A stretch of 62,994 bases of DNA, filler included, from Globobulimina sp. (lineage: Eukaryota): assembly GCA_003354225.1 (NCBI GenBank). It is 43 parts of 43 records of this genome, joined end to end, with 100 filler letters (N's around TTAATTAATTAA, not from the genome) between each part and the next. Parts side by side here need not be neighbours in the genome. Positions count along the whole stretch, not along the records: positions 35,223 to 36,589 come from PIVH01017851.1; positions 36,690 to 38,056 come from PIVH01017852.1; positions 38,157 to 39,523 come from PIVH01017853.1; positions 39,624 to 40,990 come from PIVH01017854.1; positions 41,091 to 42,457 come from PIVH01017855.1; positions 42,558 to 43,924 come from PIVH01017856.1; positions 44,025 to 45,391 come from PIVH01017857.1; positions 45,492 to 46,858 come from PIVH01017858.1; 35 more parts are not named here. One strand, written 5' to 3'. Shown one piece after another: positions 35,223-46,958 of this stretch. Under the pieces are notes generated by a model. It was not told where the DNA came from, made no database searches, and saw nothing but the letters and a program-made list of their open reading frames with translations. A program made the translations under genes and the position numbers. Numbering within the stretch: position 1 is the stretch's first letter; each line of letters opens with the position of its first letter.

Positions 35223-36310
35223 CAGCCCACCACCACACCGGTGCTCCAACGGAGGGTGTTTCCAACGCAAATCCTACAAAAAAAAACTATTTCTACAATG
35301 AAAAAGAGAGTGCATGCAATGTACCTTTTACTTTAACACAAATGTTACCATCAACACAACCAGAGCCACCTCCATAACTCGTAGGAGTAGGCGTAGTTGC
35401 AACAGGTGCGGGAGTAGCAGCAGGCAGCGATGTCGCATCTGGATTCCAATCAGCAGCAACCACCGCATTGGCGAGTTGGAATTGCGGCGATTGGTTGTTT
35501 TCAGTATAAAATTGCCAACACATAAAGCAAAAAAATTGGTGGCGGTCTGAATGGCCAAAAAATTGGCCATCATAAAAACCAGTGTTGGAACGAGTTAAAG
35601 TTGCGTTTAATGACTGACCGTGCCGCTGCACTCAAAGACAGCGCCGCAAGAAATAGAATGCAAAAAAAATTAACCAAAGTTGAAAAATTATGGAAATCTG
35701 CCCCTACGCCACCAAAAAGACCCAGAAAAAAGAAAAATAAAAAAGATTTATTTTCAATATCGACCGATCGCGAAAAACCAAAGAAAGAACGAAACCAAAG
35801 AAAGAACGAAAGGCGGAGACAAATATTTTGATATTGTTGGCCACATAAATTGCTTTAATTGCAGCTCTTAATTCAGCTGAACTAGGATTGGTTGAACCAG
35901 TTAATGTTCGACGTAATGTACTATCGGTTATATACAAGTTTAAGTTTTCCCAACACCCGGTCGCTGTCCCTGCAGCACCTGATATATTGGAAAATATTGG
36001 TATAATATTGGTAAAATGTGTGATATAATATACCTGCGGCAGTGCTTGAAAACCAAAATGCAAAATTCAGAACATTGTAAGGATGATCACTATAGCCTGG
36101 AACACCACTTTTAAAGAGATATATATATATATTTGTCATGTCGCTGCAGTATATTGTAACACTTAACAGATTGCTTAAAAGATTGGCATTGTATGTGTTG
36201 CCCCAGTTGGGACCAATTTGTCCAACATAAGATACGAAATATGGGTACGACATTGTTGATAATGTTAACATCAATAGCAATGTAAACACGGATACTAACA
36301 TGATTGCCAT
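35223..36310 (-). CDS. Secreted GH18 chitinase-like gene with the catalytic core missing; introns 36108-36167 and 35979-36033
   Basis: Signal peptide; LGVPGY..YNVLNFAFW; IKIFVSAF; then MCWQF and a Pro/Thr linker; no DxxDxDxE. Confidence 0.65.
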
Positions 36311-36319
36311 GGTTCAGTG

Positions 36320-36416
36320 GAGAAGATAAATGGATTAATTTATTTGCCGCTTATCTTTGAGGACTATGGTGGAATTTATTAAAAGAATTGCGAAGCTTCG
36401 AGCAGCTTCGTTCAAT
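36320..36416 (+). mobile_element. Deleted relic of the CRE-like retrotransposon endonuclease region
   Basis: Aligns to 37684-37800 (EKINGLIYLPLIFEDYGG/FIK.IAKLRAA) with a 20-nt deletion. Confidence 0.85.
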
Positions 36417-36480
36417 TTAAATTATACGATGGCTAGCTTACTTCGTGAAAATCTTAAAATCACTGTTATCAGATGACTAG

Positions 36481-36589
36481 CTCACTTCAAGAAAATCTTA
36501 ATATCAGGGTTCTCACCTCATAGACGACAAATTTTTACCTTTATTGCATAGATTTGTCTCTTCTTTCATATGCTAGAATCCTGGAAAAA
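36481..36589. mobile_element. Second copy of the 30414-30568 MITE, truncated by the contig end
   Basis: Reverse complement of about 30468-30576. Confidence 0.85.
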
Positions 36590-36774
36590 NNNNNNNNNNN
36601 NNNNNNNNNNNNNNNNNNNNNNNNNNNNNNNNNTTAATTAATTAANNNNNNNNNNNNNNNNNNNNNNNNNNNNNNNNNNNNNNNNNNNNTCTGGGTGTTC
36701 TATCCGTTTGTTTTTATTGGCTTTCTTTTTCTTTTTGTTTTAATGGGTGACCGCCGAATATCAGTATTGTCGTT

Positions 36775-37885
36775 GCAATGAAATACGACAAAATGTTAAG
36801 GGAATTACTGTCAATGATGGGGGGATTTATTCTATCCGACGATGAATTTATGCAATGTAGTCTTTCTACGAAAAAAACTGGCTTAGGTATGCGCACCGCA
36901 ACAGACAAAATCAGCGCGATCTATTTGCCATCCATTTTCGCAGCAAAGTCAATATGCAAAAAGTTATTAGCATCGGACATTTATGACGATTTTATGAAAG
37001 TTATTGATGAGCGGATTGCGTACAGTTTATCATTGTATAACGCCTCCGTTTCAGCCAGATACTACATCGAAGTATTTGACCCATCAGTACATACTACAAA
37101 ATGGATGGTCAATGCCATTCAGTCGCGTCAATTTAACAACTTGTTGGCGTCAAAAACAGGCAAACACAAAGCCGCGTTGTTATCGCAAGGTAACCGGAAC
37201 GCAAATGCCTGGCTCAATGCCCCTATGATGAATGGTATTGGTGTTACTTACAGTAATCCGGAATTCCGGATTCTATTCAAACGCAAATTGAGACATGAAT
37301 TGATTATAAATAATGATAAATGTATCTGCTGCGATGAATCAATCGATAAGTTTGGTGATCATGGCGTGATTTGCAAGCATGGCCAAGGGATAATTTACAA
37401 ACACGACTTAGTCGTTCATGGTATCTCATCCTTATTAAAAACAGCAAAAATTCAACATTCGATTGAAAAAAGGCACATCTTTGACAACAACAACATGAAA
37501 CCAGCCGACATATATATTAATAACTGGGGCGACAATGGCGAAGCACTTGCTATTGACATTGGAATCACCTCTGTTGTATGTAACAGTCGTTTTGAATCAG
37601 CAGCATTGAATAAATTGAGTGCGGCAAACAGCTTTTATACGCACAAAGTCAACAAATATAACAATTACTTGCATGACAACAGAGAGAAAATAAACGGATT
37701 GATTTATCTCCCGCTTATATTCGAGGACTATGGTGGAATGCATAAAATGACAGTCAAATTTATTAAAAAGATTGCAAAGCTTCGTGCGGCGACAATCAAT
37801 GATAAAATATCTATCTCTACGGGCTATTGCTTTGAATACATCTCAGCAAAGCTACAGAAAGCAAACGCAGTTTCTCTACTGCATC
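36775..37885 (+). mobile_element. CRE-like non-LTR retrotransposon, C-terminal zinc knuckle and restriction-like endonuclease
   Basis: TGLGMR, ANAWLNAP, C..C...DKFGDHGVIC, KHD, KPADI, AIDIGIT, K..KY, PLIFEDYGG, ISAKLQKANA. Confidence 0.9.
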
Positions 37886-38056
37886 AATGGCATCTTGATC
37901 ACCTAGGACTGCAAAGTCGTCTTCATGTGCTAGAATCCTGCAGTCCAGATCATGTGAGTAAAAGATAGCCACATTGCTCTTACCCACCTTGAAACTACCA
38001 TCGTGGACTAAGAGGCGAGTGTAGTCGCCTTGCCAGTTGTGACTGGCATCTTGCAA
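37882..38056 (-). mobile_element. Ty1/Copia reverse transcriptase fragment
   Basis: QDASHNWQGDY...F..GKSN.AIF.....RILAHEDDF..LGD (compare copia VHGDDF/YVDD). Confidence 0.7.
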
Positions 38057-38199
38057 NNNNNNNNNNNNNNNNNNNNNNNNNNNNNNNNNNNNNNNNNNNN
38101 TTAATTAATTAANNNNNNNNNNNNNNNNNNNNNNNNNNNNNNNNNNNNNNNNNNNNTCATTTGTGTATACTGTTGTATACTGTAAATGTGTGCTTTTTT

Positions 38200-38420
38200 T
38201 AACAAAATGACCATCATTCCTGTTTTTTTTTAACAAAATTACCGTCATTTCGTTTATTTTGTATACAAAATGACCGCCATAATGTTGTATAAAATGGGTA
38301 CCGCTGCTATTTATTTATGGAGTGCAGCAGTCATAGGTACCGCTGCTATTTTATATGGTACGCAAGCAGCAATGGGTACCGCTGCTATTTTATATGGTAC
38401 ATGCGCCTTCATTGGTATCG
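38200..38420. repeat. Minisatellite: 39-nt units (GGTACCGCTGCTATTT at 38297, 38336, 38375) preceded by about 31-nt ACAAAATGACC units
   Basis: Exact 39-nt periodicity. Confidence 0.85.
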
Positions 38421-39623
38421 GAACCAAGGGCTATTTATTACTGTACGGCATACGTACCGCCGTGGACAGCTTGTGATGATAGCTCAATGATAGCGTCTTT
38501 TGAAGAATATTTGGGTTCAAATCCCAATCATCACATGGACCAACGAATGATATTATATTAAATTAAATGCGAGTTATATTCAAATGAGCGTTGTTAAATA
38601 ATTTATTATCATTATATTTGCCACCGTGATATTTAATAAAATTTTCTTTGTATTTCTGTTTTTGTCATTGTTCTTTATAGTGTAACTCTGTTCACGCGCT
38701 GCTAACTCAACTGTAAAAACAGTAACGTCATCAAGTAAGTTTACAAATACATGTCTGACTGTTTAGACTGAGTGTTATCCGCAGCCAATCATTCAATTAT
38801 GGTATTATTTCTATTGCAGATATTTATTCCAATCATAATTTATCATTTTAAACAGACTAAAAATCACAAATTATTATTGTTCATTACAACAAGAAATGGC
38901 TGGAAAATATCATCAGAACAAACCAAACGCTTTGAAAGCATATACAATAATGAATCGACGAAAGTAATTAATATTATCCATATTGTATTATACATATTTT
39001 ATTATACACTATACAAAATATTTTTAGATCATAATGGCAATGCTATGAAGAACTTAGCTACCACCACTGGCACATGTTCGTAGGGCCGCACCGCTCGGTG
39101 CGATATATGTAGTGAAATATGCCGGGTTTTATGCGCGGGGGGCGGTGCTCTCGCGTGATAAAGAGAGAGAGCAGGCGAAGTTGTTTATGAAGTTTGTGGA
39201 GTGTAAAAAACATCCCTTTGTGCTCTCATCAAGACTTGCATCGCGCGCTAATCATCTCAATAATATAAAAATGAAAATATCTAATTTTGATAGAATATTA
39301 ATAAGTTGATTGCGAGGGAGGGCTTTGTCACAATGGAAAAGGACCAGGATTTCGCGAATGTGTTTAGGAATAAGTTTGAGTATGGTGAGGCGTGAGGAGC
39401 GCAACGTGTGTAGAGTGTGCAGCAGTATTTTGCCAATATTAAAGTTTGCTTTTGCCAAAGATGCGCATAATATGAAATGCAGCTACATGACATGACATTT
39501 TGCACAAAATGTCATGTCTAAACNNNNNNNNNNNNNNNNNNNNNNNNNNNNNNNNNNNNNNNNNNNNTTAATTAATTAANNNNNNNNNNNNNNNNNNNNN
39601 NNNNNNNNNNNNNNNNNNNNNNN

Positions 39624-40538
39624 TTGTTTTTGTTGCAATCGGCGCGGTTTTGGCGTTTGAACTCCTTCACGAAGAAATCCACCAAAATGTTGTCGAAGTC
39701 CTCGCCGCCTAAATGGGTGTCGCCGGCCGTGGCTTTCACCTCAAACACGCCATCGTCGATGGATAATAATGAAACATCGAAGGTACCGCCGCCCAAATCG
39801 AAGATTAACACATTTTGCTCGTCTTCATGCCCACTTTGCTTTTTATCTAAACCATACGCTATGGCTGCGGCCGTGGGCTCGTTGATGATTCGTAACACAT
39901 TTAAGCCCGAAATTCGACCTATAACAAAATCAAAAATGGCGCAATGGCGCAATATCGCATTAGTAATTTGCTGAGAACTCAAACTGACAGAAAAAGAAAT
40001 TAATTTCAGAAAAAAATTAGGAGTACGTACCCGCATCTTTGGTGGCTTGGCGCTGCGAATCGTTGAAATACGCAGGGACGGTCACGACGGCGTTGTTGAT
40101 GGAAGTGCCGAGATACGCTTCTGCGATTTGACGCATGTAACCTAAGACCATGGAAGAGATCTCCTCGGGGAAAAATCTTTTCTTTTCTGCTTTGTACTCG
40201 ACTTCAATGGCTGGCCGGTCTTGCGACTCTCGGATCACTTTGAATGGCCATAATTTCATATCGGACTGAACCGTGGGTTCATCGTATTTTCTGCCGATTA
40301 ATCGCTTGGCGTCGAAGATGGTGTTCTCAGCATTTCTCGCGGCTTGGTTTTTAGCGGCGGTTCCAACTAAGCGTTCCGTGTCAGAGAAGGAGACGTAAGA
40401 TGGCGTGGTTCGTTCGCCCATGTCATTTGGGATGATTTCTACCGTGTTGTTTTTCCATGTACCTACACACGAATAGGTGGTACCTAGATCGATACCAATG
40501 GATGGTTGTTTCTTTGTCTTTTCCTTTTTTTCACTCAT
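39624..40538 (-). CDS. HSP70: Cytosolic HSP70, N-terminal part, one intron at about 39920-40030
   Basis: [55 protein letters not shown]. Confidence 0.98.
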
Positions 40539-40623
40539 AGTTAGTGTTGCTTTGTTAACTTGTTAAGTGTGGGATTAAAGATAGGTAAAAATGTTAAAGT
40601 TAGTTTGAAATTAGAAAAAACTT

Positions 40624-40990
40624 TTGAAGCAGAGATGGGAATTTAATTTGGAAACGCTGCGGATGGGAACTTGTTTTACTCCCTCGAATACAAATGGGTA
40701 CAGCCATATAAATACAAATATTGAGAATAAGCTCAAAGTGGAGCAGCGGCGCACATGTGTTGCTAAAATGATTTTGCTCGGTACACGGTCTTCAGGGAAA
40801 AGTACCATATTGCTGCAGACAAAGAAAATCCATGATGATAAGTTATATGACATTGCAAATGATAAACACTTACATCCAATCAGATCTTTATGTATCTCGA
40901 CAATTATTTATTTACTGACAATTATAAACGACACCGATTCAATTAAATTGTTACAATCATTATCTACAAATAATTCACGTGATTTAAAGC
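40624..40990 (+). CDS. Divergent G-protein alpha-like protein, 3' partial
   Basis: MGTC..., KMILLGTRSSGKSTILLQTKKIH. Confidence 0.65.
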
Positions 40991-41109
40991 NNNNNNNNNN
41001 NNNNNNNNNNNNNNNNNNNNNNNNNNNNNNNNNNTTAATTAATTAANNNNNNNNNNNNNNNNNNNNNNNNNNNNNNNNNNNNNNNNNNNNTTTGTTTTAT
41101 GTTTACAGC

Positions 41110-42457
41110 TTACGCAATGGATACAAATTGGACAGATATTTCAGATATTCGCATGACATCCGTGTCCATTGTAGCACATAACTTAATAATGGGCATAAAC
41201 GTGCATAATCTTCGAATATTTGATTTTTCAAATCTATATATTTCATTCCAATCCATTTCATTAGAAATTGACAATCTCGATTCTTTATATATCAATTTAA
41301 CCATTTTTGTGATATCCCCATCGATATCATGTTGTTCATTTTCATTCTCCGTATTTTCAAAATATATCACAAAATCTTTATCCTTTTCTTCCACACAAAT
41401 TGTATAACTTACAAACGATAAAAGTAAATCATTGCATCCATTCCCCATATCCATATCTGACCAAACAACTGTTTTAAAGTCATACAATCCCTCATCACCT
41501 CCAATAAAATCACCATCTTCACCCTCAAACATGACCCAATTTCTCCATATCCCATACCATTCATTCCATATATTCAATTCCATCAAATCAAAATCATTCT
41601 CATTCACATTAATATCACCCACAGCATTCCCATTATCCATATCCTCCAATTCCTTCACCACATACATATCACCGACAATATACCTCACCGCAATACTTTT
41701 ATCCTCCAAATTATACACCGCACAAATCTCATATTGCCCCGCCACCACACACTTACTCAACAACGCCCCCTCATTGCCACCATCCGCTTTAACCCCTAAT
41801 AAGCGTCGAAACTCTGCATTGATATGAATCGTAGGCGGTATCTTCATAAAATTCGGCATTCCTTTGGACGACTGCACCAATCCCATCATGTTGCCACTCA
41901 ACGATGGAAATCCCATTTTACCTGAAAACAAAGCATAAAAAAGCACCACCAAACATACAGTACAGTACAAAAAAAACCATACCAAATTGACCGCCATCCT
42001 GCATATAATTCTTTTTCCTCCTTCGCTTACGTCTGCCTCTTCTGCCCCGTCTGCCTCTCCTTCGTTTGCCACTTCTCCTCCTCCTCCTCCTTCGCCGTGG
42101 TGCTCGATACCTCCCTTTCCTCCGTTTATGCCGCTTCCATATAGGCTTCCCTGCTAAGACGCGACTAAACATTTTATACATGTTTCTCTGATGACGCATG
42201 GGATTGCCATATCCCATCATATAGCCAGGGTACGGATTCCCTGAGGAACCGCCCGCACCAAAGCCAAAGCCGCCACCCATACTTGGCATCATACCCATGT
42301 TTGGATTCAGCATACCACCCAATTGCCCCACACCAGGCATCATGCCACCTACACTGCCGCCGAACCCTGGCATCATACCCAATCGTTCCATGTCGCCCAA
42401 ACCGCCCATACCGCCCACACCGAAGGGGAGACCGCCGGGGTTGGAACCGATTAATTG
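41110..42457 (-). CDS. Hypothetical protein with Gly/Met-rich and poly-Arg tracts; intron 41922-41982
   Basis: GTATGG..TTCAG intron joins the two ORFs in frame. Confidence 0.7.
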
Positions 42458-42744
42458 NNNNNNNNNNNNNNNNNNNNNNNNNNNNNNNNNNNNNNNNNNN
42501 NTTAATTAATTAANNNNNNNNNNNNNNNNNNNNNNNNNNNNNNNNNNNNNNNNNNNNAAATTAAAAATTCCGATACATATTGTTCCGCTTCTTCTTTGTT
42601 TGCGAAATCTGATTTTAAGGCTTCGATTGAAAATAAACATGCTGCAAACAAAAATATTACCGAAATCATTGTGACTTTAGAAATCAATATCGGTTTTTGT
42701 ATCGTATGTGAATAATGCTAGTATTGCTTGACTTGACTGACAAA

Positions 42745-43773
42745 TTAAAGTAAGTTGAAAACTTTGTTTTTGGAAACACATGGGTAAAATACTATTGTTG
42801 AGCGGCGAGAAGTGGACACAAAACTGAACACATGTCTTATTTCAACGTTTTTATGTTTGAATTGCTGGATAAACCTTTGAATTGCTTTCACCGTAGATAT
42901 GAACCATAATATTACGAGTAATATCAGCATAAAACTGACAATGTATGAACTCCAAAGTGGTGATACCATCACCACAACAGCAATATTGCCAAGAACCGTG
43001 AAACATAACGCATTCGAACAGGTCCATAACAAATGAGAGAAAATATTTAATTTGTATAAATTTCGTCTATCGTTATGTTTCAAGCTTTCAGCGATCAAAA
43101 TTCTTAACAATTTCGATATTTTTTTAAAAACTGTAAAAAACCAAAAATAAAATATTTGTTGATTTATAATATTTGTTGGATTATTTACTGTAATTAAGTA
43201 ATCCAATATTAATGAGAGTCCGAACAAGTTAACAAGTGGTTTGTTTAAAATATGATAATGTTGAATTGTATCCGTAACATAACCACCGGTTAGCAATAGA
43301 CTCCAATAAGTCGAATATACCGAATGTATCTGGTTATTGCCATAGTACAATTCAAAAGCACCAAAGCAAATTGATATCACACAAATGGTTTTTGTCACTT
43401 CTCGTTGCTGCATCCAATTCCATTTCGGAAAAAATGCACCAACTCCATGCACAGATAACAGGTAATAAACATATGCACCGATTGCATGCCGCAGCAGCCA
43501 AGATATTGTTGTTAGCGACATTATGGGTTCATAGTGTTTCTTTGACTTAGCAGGGCAAAACTTTACTAATTTAACATGTTGCGAGCCATTAATAGTATAG
43601 CCAGCACAACGCAAATAATACATAGTTAAATTGAAAATATAACAACAAAAACAAAACATATTAATTTTATAAATACTTGGCAGAATTAAGAGCGATATTA
43701 GTATAGAAATATAATTAATAATTAGGATATTAAAAATATCAAAAATCTTCCAACCGTACAAAGACAAAACCAT
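42745..43773 (-). CDS. Multi-pass membrane protein
   Basis: 342-aa hydrophobic ORF. Confidence 0.65.
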   Translation of the reverse strand: MVLSLYGWKIFDIFNILIINYISILISLLILPSIYKINMFCFCCYIFNLTMYYLRCAGYTINGSQHVKLVKFCPAKSKKHYEPIMSLTTISWLLRHAIGAYVYYLLSVHGVGAFFPKWNWMQQREVTKTICVISICFGAFELYYGNNQIHSVYSTYWSLLLTGGYVTDTIQHYHILNKPLVNLFGLSLILDYLITVNNPTNIINQQIFYFWFFTVFKKISKLLRILIAESLKHNDRRNLYKLNIFSHLLWTCSNALCFTVLGNIAVVVMVSPLWSSYIVSFMLILLVILWFISTVKAIQRFIQQFKHKNVEIRHVFSFVSTSRRSTIVFYPCVSKNKVFNLL

Positions 43774-44024
43774 TTAGCCACAGATATCAAATATTTCAAT
43801 AAAAAAAATTACAAATCTTCTACTTTGATATTAGTAATAGTTTAAATTTAATTTTTTATGATCATTTCATTTGTTCCTTAATCATCACCTTTTTGTTTTG
43901 TTTTTTTTTATAAAAAATACTCTCNNNNNNNNNNNNNNNNNNNNNNNNNNNNNNNNNNNNNNNNNNNNTTAATTAATTAANNNNNNNNNNNNNNNNNNNN
44001 NNNNNNNNNNNNNNNNNNNNNNNN

Positions 44025-44063
44025 TATTAAAAAACATGGCCATTTTTATTGGCCCACCCTGTA
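44025..44063. mobile_element. Tc1/mariner-like transposon terminus
   Basis: Minus strand reads TA-CAGGGTGGGCCAATAAAAATGG. Confidence 0.5.
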
Positions 44064-44539
44064 TGTAGGTGCTACCATGTATGTACGTAGCATACTGTAG
44101 GTGTAGTTGGTTGGCCATCTTGAAAATGTTTTGCCCCCCCCCCATCACTGGTTGGGGGATTGACAACTTTGGGTGTGGGATGGTCACCGAAAAGTATATG
44201 GGGCTCTATTTTTGGCCGCAAAATTGCCACAAAATTGTCTAAAAACGCCTTATTTAAGCTTAAAATTGCCATAGAAAGCATAATTAGCGCTATATAAGAC
44301 TAAATAATTTGTTAATTTTGTCGAAAAATAGCAGCATTTTGAATAATATCTCCAAAAATTTTTTGGCCGCGCTCGAACCCCACCCCCCTCTGCTGGGTGG
44401 ATGGTGGTGGGAAAGAGCAAGTTGGTGGGGGTGATCCCCCATCCCACCACCAACTACTCTATAATACAGTAGTGTCCCAATGCAAAAGAGATATCACTCT
44501 CACTGATTGGTCAGTGTGACAGAACAGAAAAAATAAACA

Positions 44540-44880
44540 TACTGTTTTCACATGATACATTATGTGATGATCGATACTTCGTACCAAAACATTCTATTCC
44601 CAATTCGTTAATTTTCATGTCAAAATCTTTTCGTCTGTCTTCAAACTCGATTGGTCTTCCTTCGTGATTTCTTTCAATATGGCCTTTCATGTTTTGTTGA
44701 CTGTATTGAACGCAATGATCACAATATTTGCAAAAGTAAACATATTGTTGCAAATGTTCTTTCAGTAAATGTACAGAAGGAAAAGTGGTCAATTGACAAT
44801 CACACTTCAAGCAGAAACCATATGAGTTCCTTTTAGCACGTTTCCTGGCAGTTTTGCAGACTGAGAATTCTCTTCCGTCT
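44540..44880 (-). CDS. C2H2 zinc-finger exon
   Basis: CDCQLTTFPSVHLLKEH...FCKYCDH...MKGHIERNH. Confidence 0.6.
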
Positions 44881-45491
44881 CTCTTTTTGTCATGTGCTGC
44901 TTTCGTTTTCCATAGCTATAAAGACAAGATGATAAACACAACAACAAATTTCATACAGTATGGGGCCTAAATCATATGTGTCGTGGTCGACATCGTTAGG
45001 GGAGCAAGCCTTGCCCGAGTGCCCTCCATGGCTCCATGGGTGCCCGATTGGCCGAAAATTAGAATATATAGTCCTATTTAACTTTAATAATGCATTCTAT
45101 GGGCATAGTATGCTTAAATAAGGGTTTTTTAGACAATTTTGAGCCGTTATGGCATTTTAAATAGAGCCCCGTAGCATTTTTGATGATCATTCCCCCTAGC
45201 GCCATCGATCCCCCGGTGGGGGAGGCCCCTTAAAGGGGGTCTAACATTTAGGCAAGTTGCTTTTAAACGGATTATTTTAATTAGAGAAAAATCGTACGGG
45301 GGTGCATTTTTTTATTTTTTGCTTATTTAAAGAGTTATTGCCATTCAAAGTAGAGCAAATTCCAATGTGCGTCAGTGCGTAAATCCCAATTNNNNNNNNN
45401 NNNNNNNNNNNNNNNNNNNNNNNNNNNNNNNNNNNTTAATTAATTAANNNNNNNNNNNNNNNNNNNNNNNNNNNNNNNNNNNNNNNNNNNN

Positions 45492-46574
45492 GGAGAACGT
45501 TAATAATTGTAATCCCAATAAAAATATAAATAACGGCTTACATAAAATAAACCAGATATTTGGCTGCGAAAAGGCAGATTTATTTCCTTGTAAAGCATGC
45601 CAAATATAGTCTTGTTGATAAAATAAAATATTTTGCACATACAGTACATTGCACCATTTCTGTCCAGAGATCAATAACTCCCATGGTTGCAATGCCGTTA
45701 ATGACATACCATTAATAATGGGCGATACGCTCCATTTAATATCACCATTGTCAGCGTATTTAATCTTACACTCAATGCTATTAATTTTGCTGTATTCCAG
45801 TAATGACGAAGCAAATCTTTCATTGTCATCTTCGATGTACGGCTCCAACGGCAACGGCTCAATGTCACTTTTTTCTTCTTTTTGCTCCTCGGACGGAGCG
45901 ATGAAAATGGTGAGAGAATCAGAAGCATCTTCATCTTGTTGTATATTGCAACTTTTTTCATTCACAATGGCGTGCTTTTTTTGATAAAATATCTGCTTTA
46001 ATTTGCTTAATTGAATGATATTTGTGCTGTTATAATTGGTAGAAACAGCATAAATGCATGCGGTTATTTGTATGAATGAGGTGAATGACAATATTATTCC
46101 ACATATTTGCAAATAAAATGTAAAATGTTGAGGGTGGAAATGTGTTAAGACTGCTTCGTAAAATCCGGATAAAACAAAGCCAACAATAATAAATTGGATG
46201 GTGCCTAATAAAAAAGGTAAAATGTAGATGGAGTTTAATGAATGTTGGACAGAGGTCAGATACTGATAAATGATATCATGGATTGGATGTATTAACTCGA
46301 ATTCTAATATTAAGTTCCAAATATCGTACGGGATATTTAATGATGGAAATATATTATTGGAGAGAAAATATAATCGTTTTTCGCGTAATTCCATGCATAT
46401 AAATTTCCAATAATTTTCAAAATTATTTTGTTTCTCGCTTATTATTAATGGTTGTTTTTTGTCATCAACAGCTTGTATGCTATGTGAACGATCATGGTGT
46501 TTATCATGTGATGCTATTGTTTGTAATATGGATAAGATAGGCAACTTTAACCCAAATAGAGTGCACATTATCAC
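45492..46574 (-). CDS. Hypothetical membrane protein, 3' partial
   Basis: Long ORF with TM helices. Confidence 0.65.
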
Positions 46575-46605
46575 AAGTGAAGGGCTTTTATAAACTTAGA
46601 GTATA

Positions 46606-46858
46606 ATGGCACAGGAACTGTTGGAAACGACTAGTGTAAGAGACGAAGAAGGGTCCGTATCACAGTCAACAATACCGACTCTAAAGCAAGTATTATCAGA
46701 ACATGGTGTTGCTGATGATGTGTATACGAAATTAGTAGAAATGGGAGTTGGTTGGAATGAGTTATTGTTCATAGAAAATGATGATTTAAAGGTATTGTGT
46801 GGCAGAGAACAATTAAACTTATCATTTACCATAAAATTGAAATTTAAAGCAGCGATAA
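46606..46858 (+). CDS. SAM-like domain protein, 3' partial
   Basis: LSEHGV..VYTKL..ELLFIENDDLKVLC..LNL..KLKFKAAI. Confidence 0.6.
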
Positions 46859-46958
46859 NNNNNNNNNNNNNNNNNNNNNNNNNNNNNNNNNNNNNNNNNN
46901 NNTTAATTAATTAANNNNNNNNNNNNNNNNNNNNNNNNNNNNNNNNNNNNNNNNNNNN

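Noticed and set aside
38297-38420. Mini CRISPR array
   Set aside because: Repeat only about 16 nt, spacers related to each other, no cas genes, eukaryotic context
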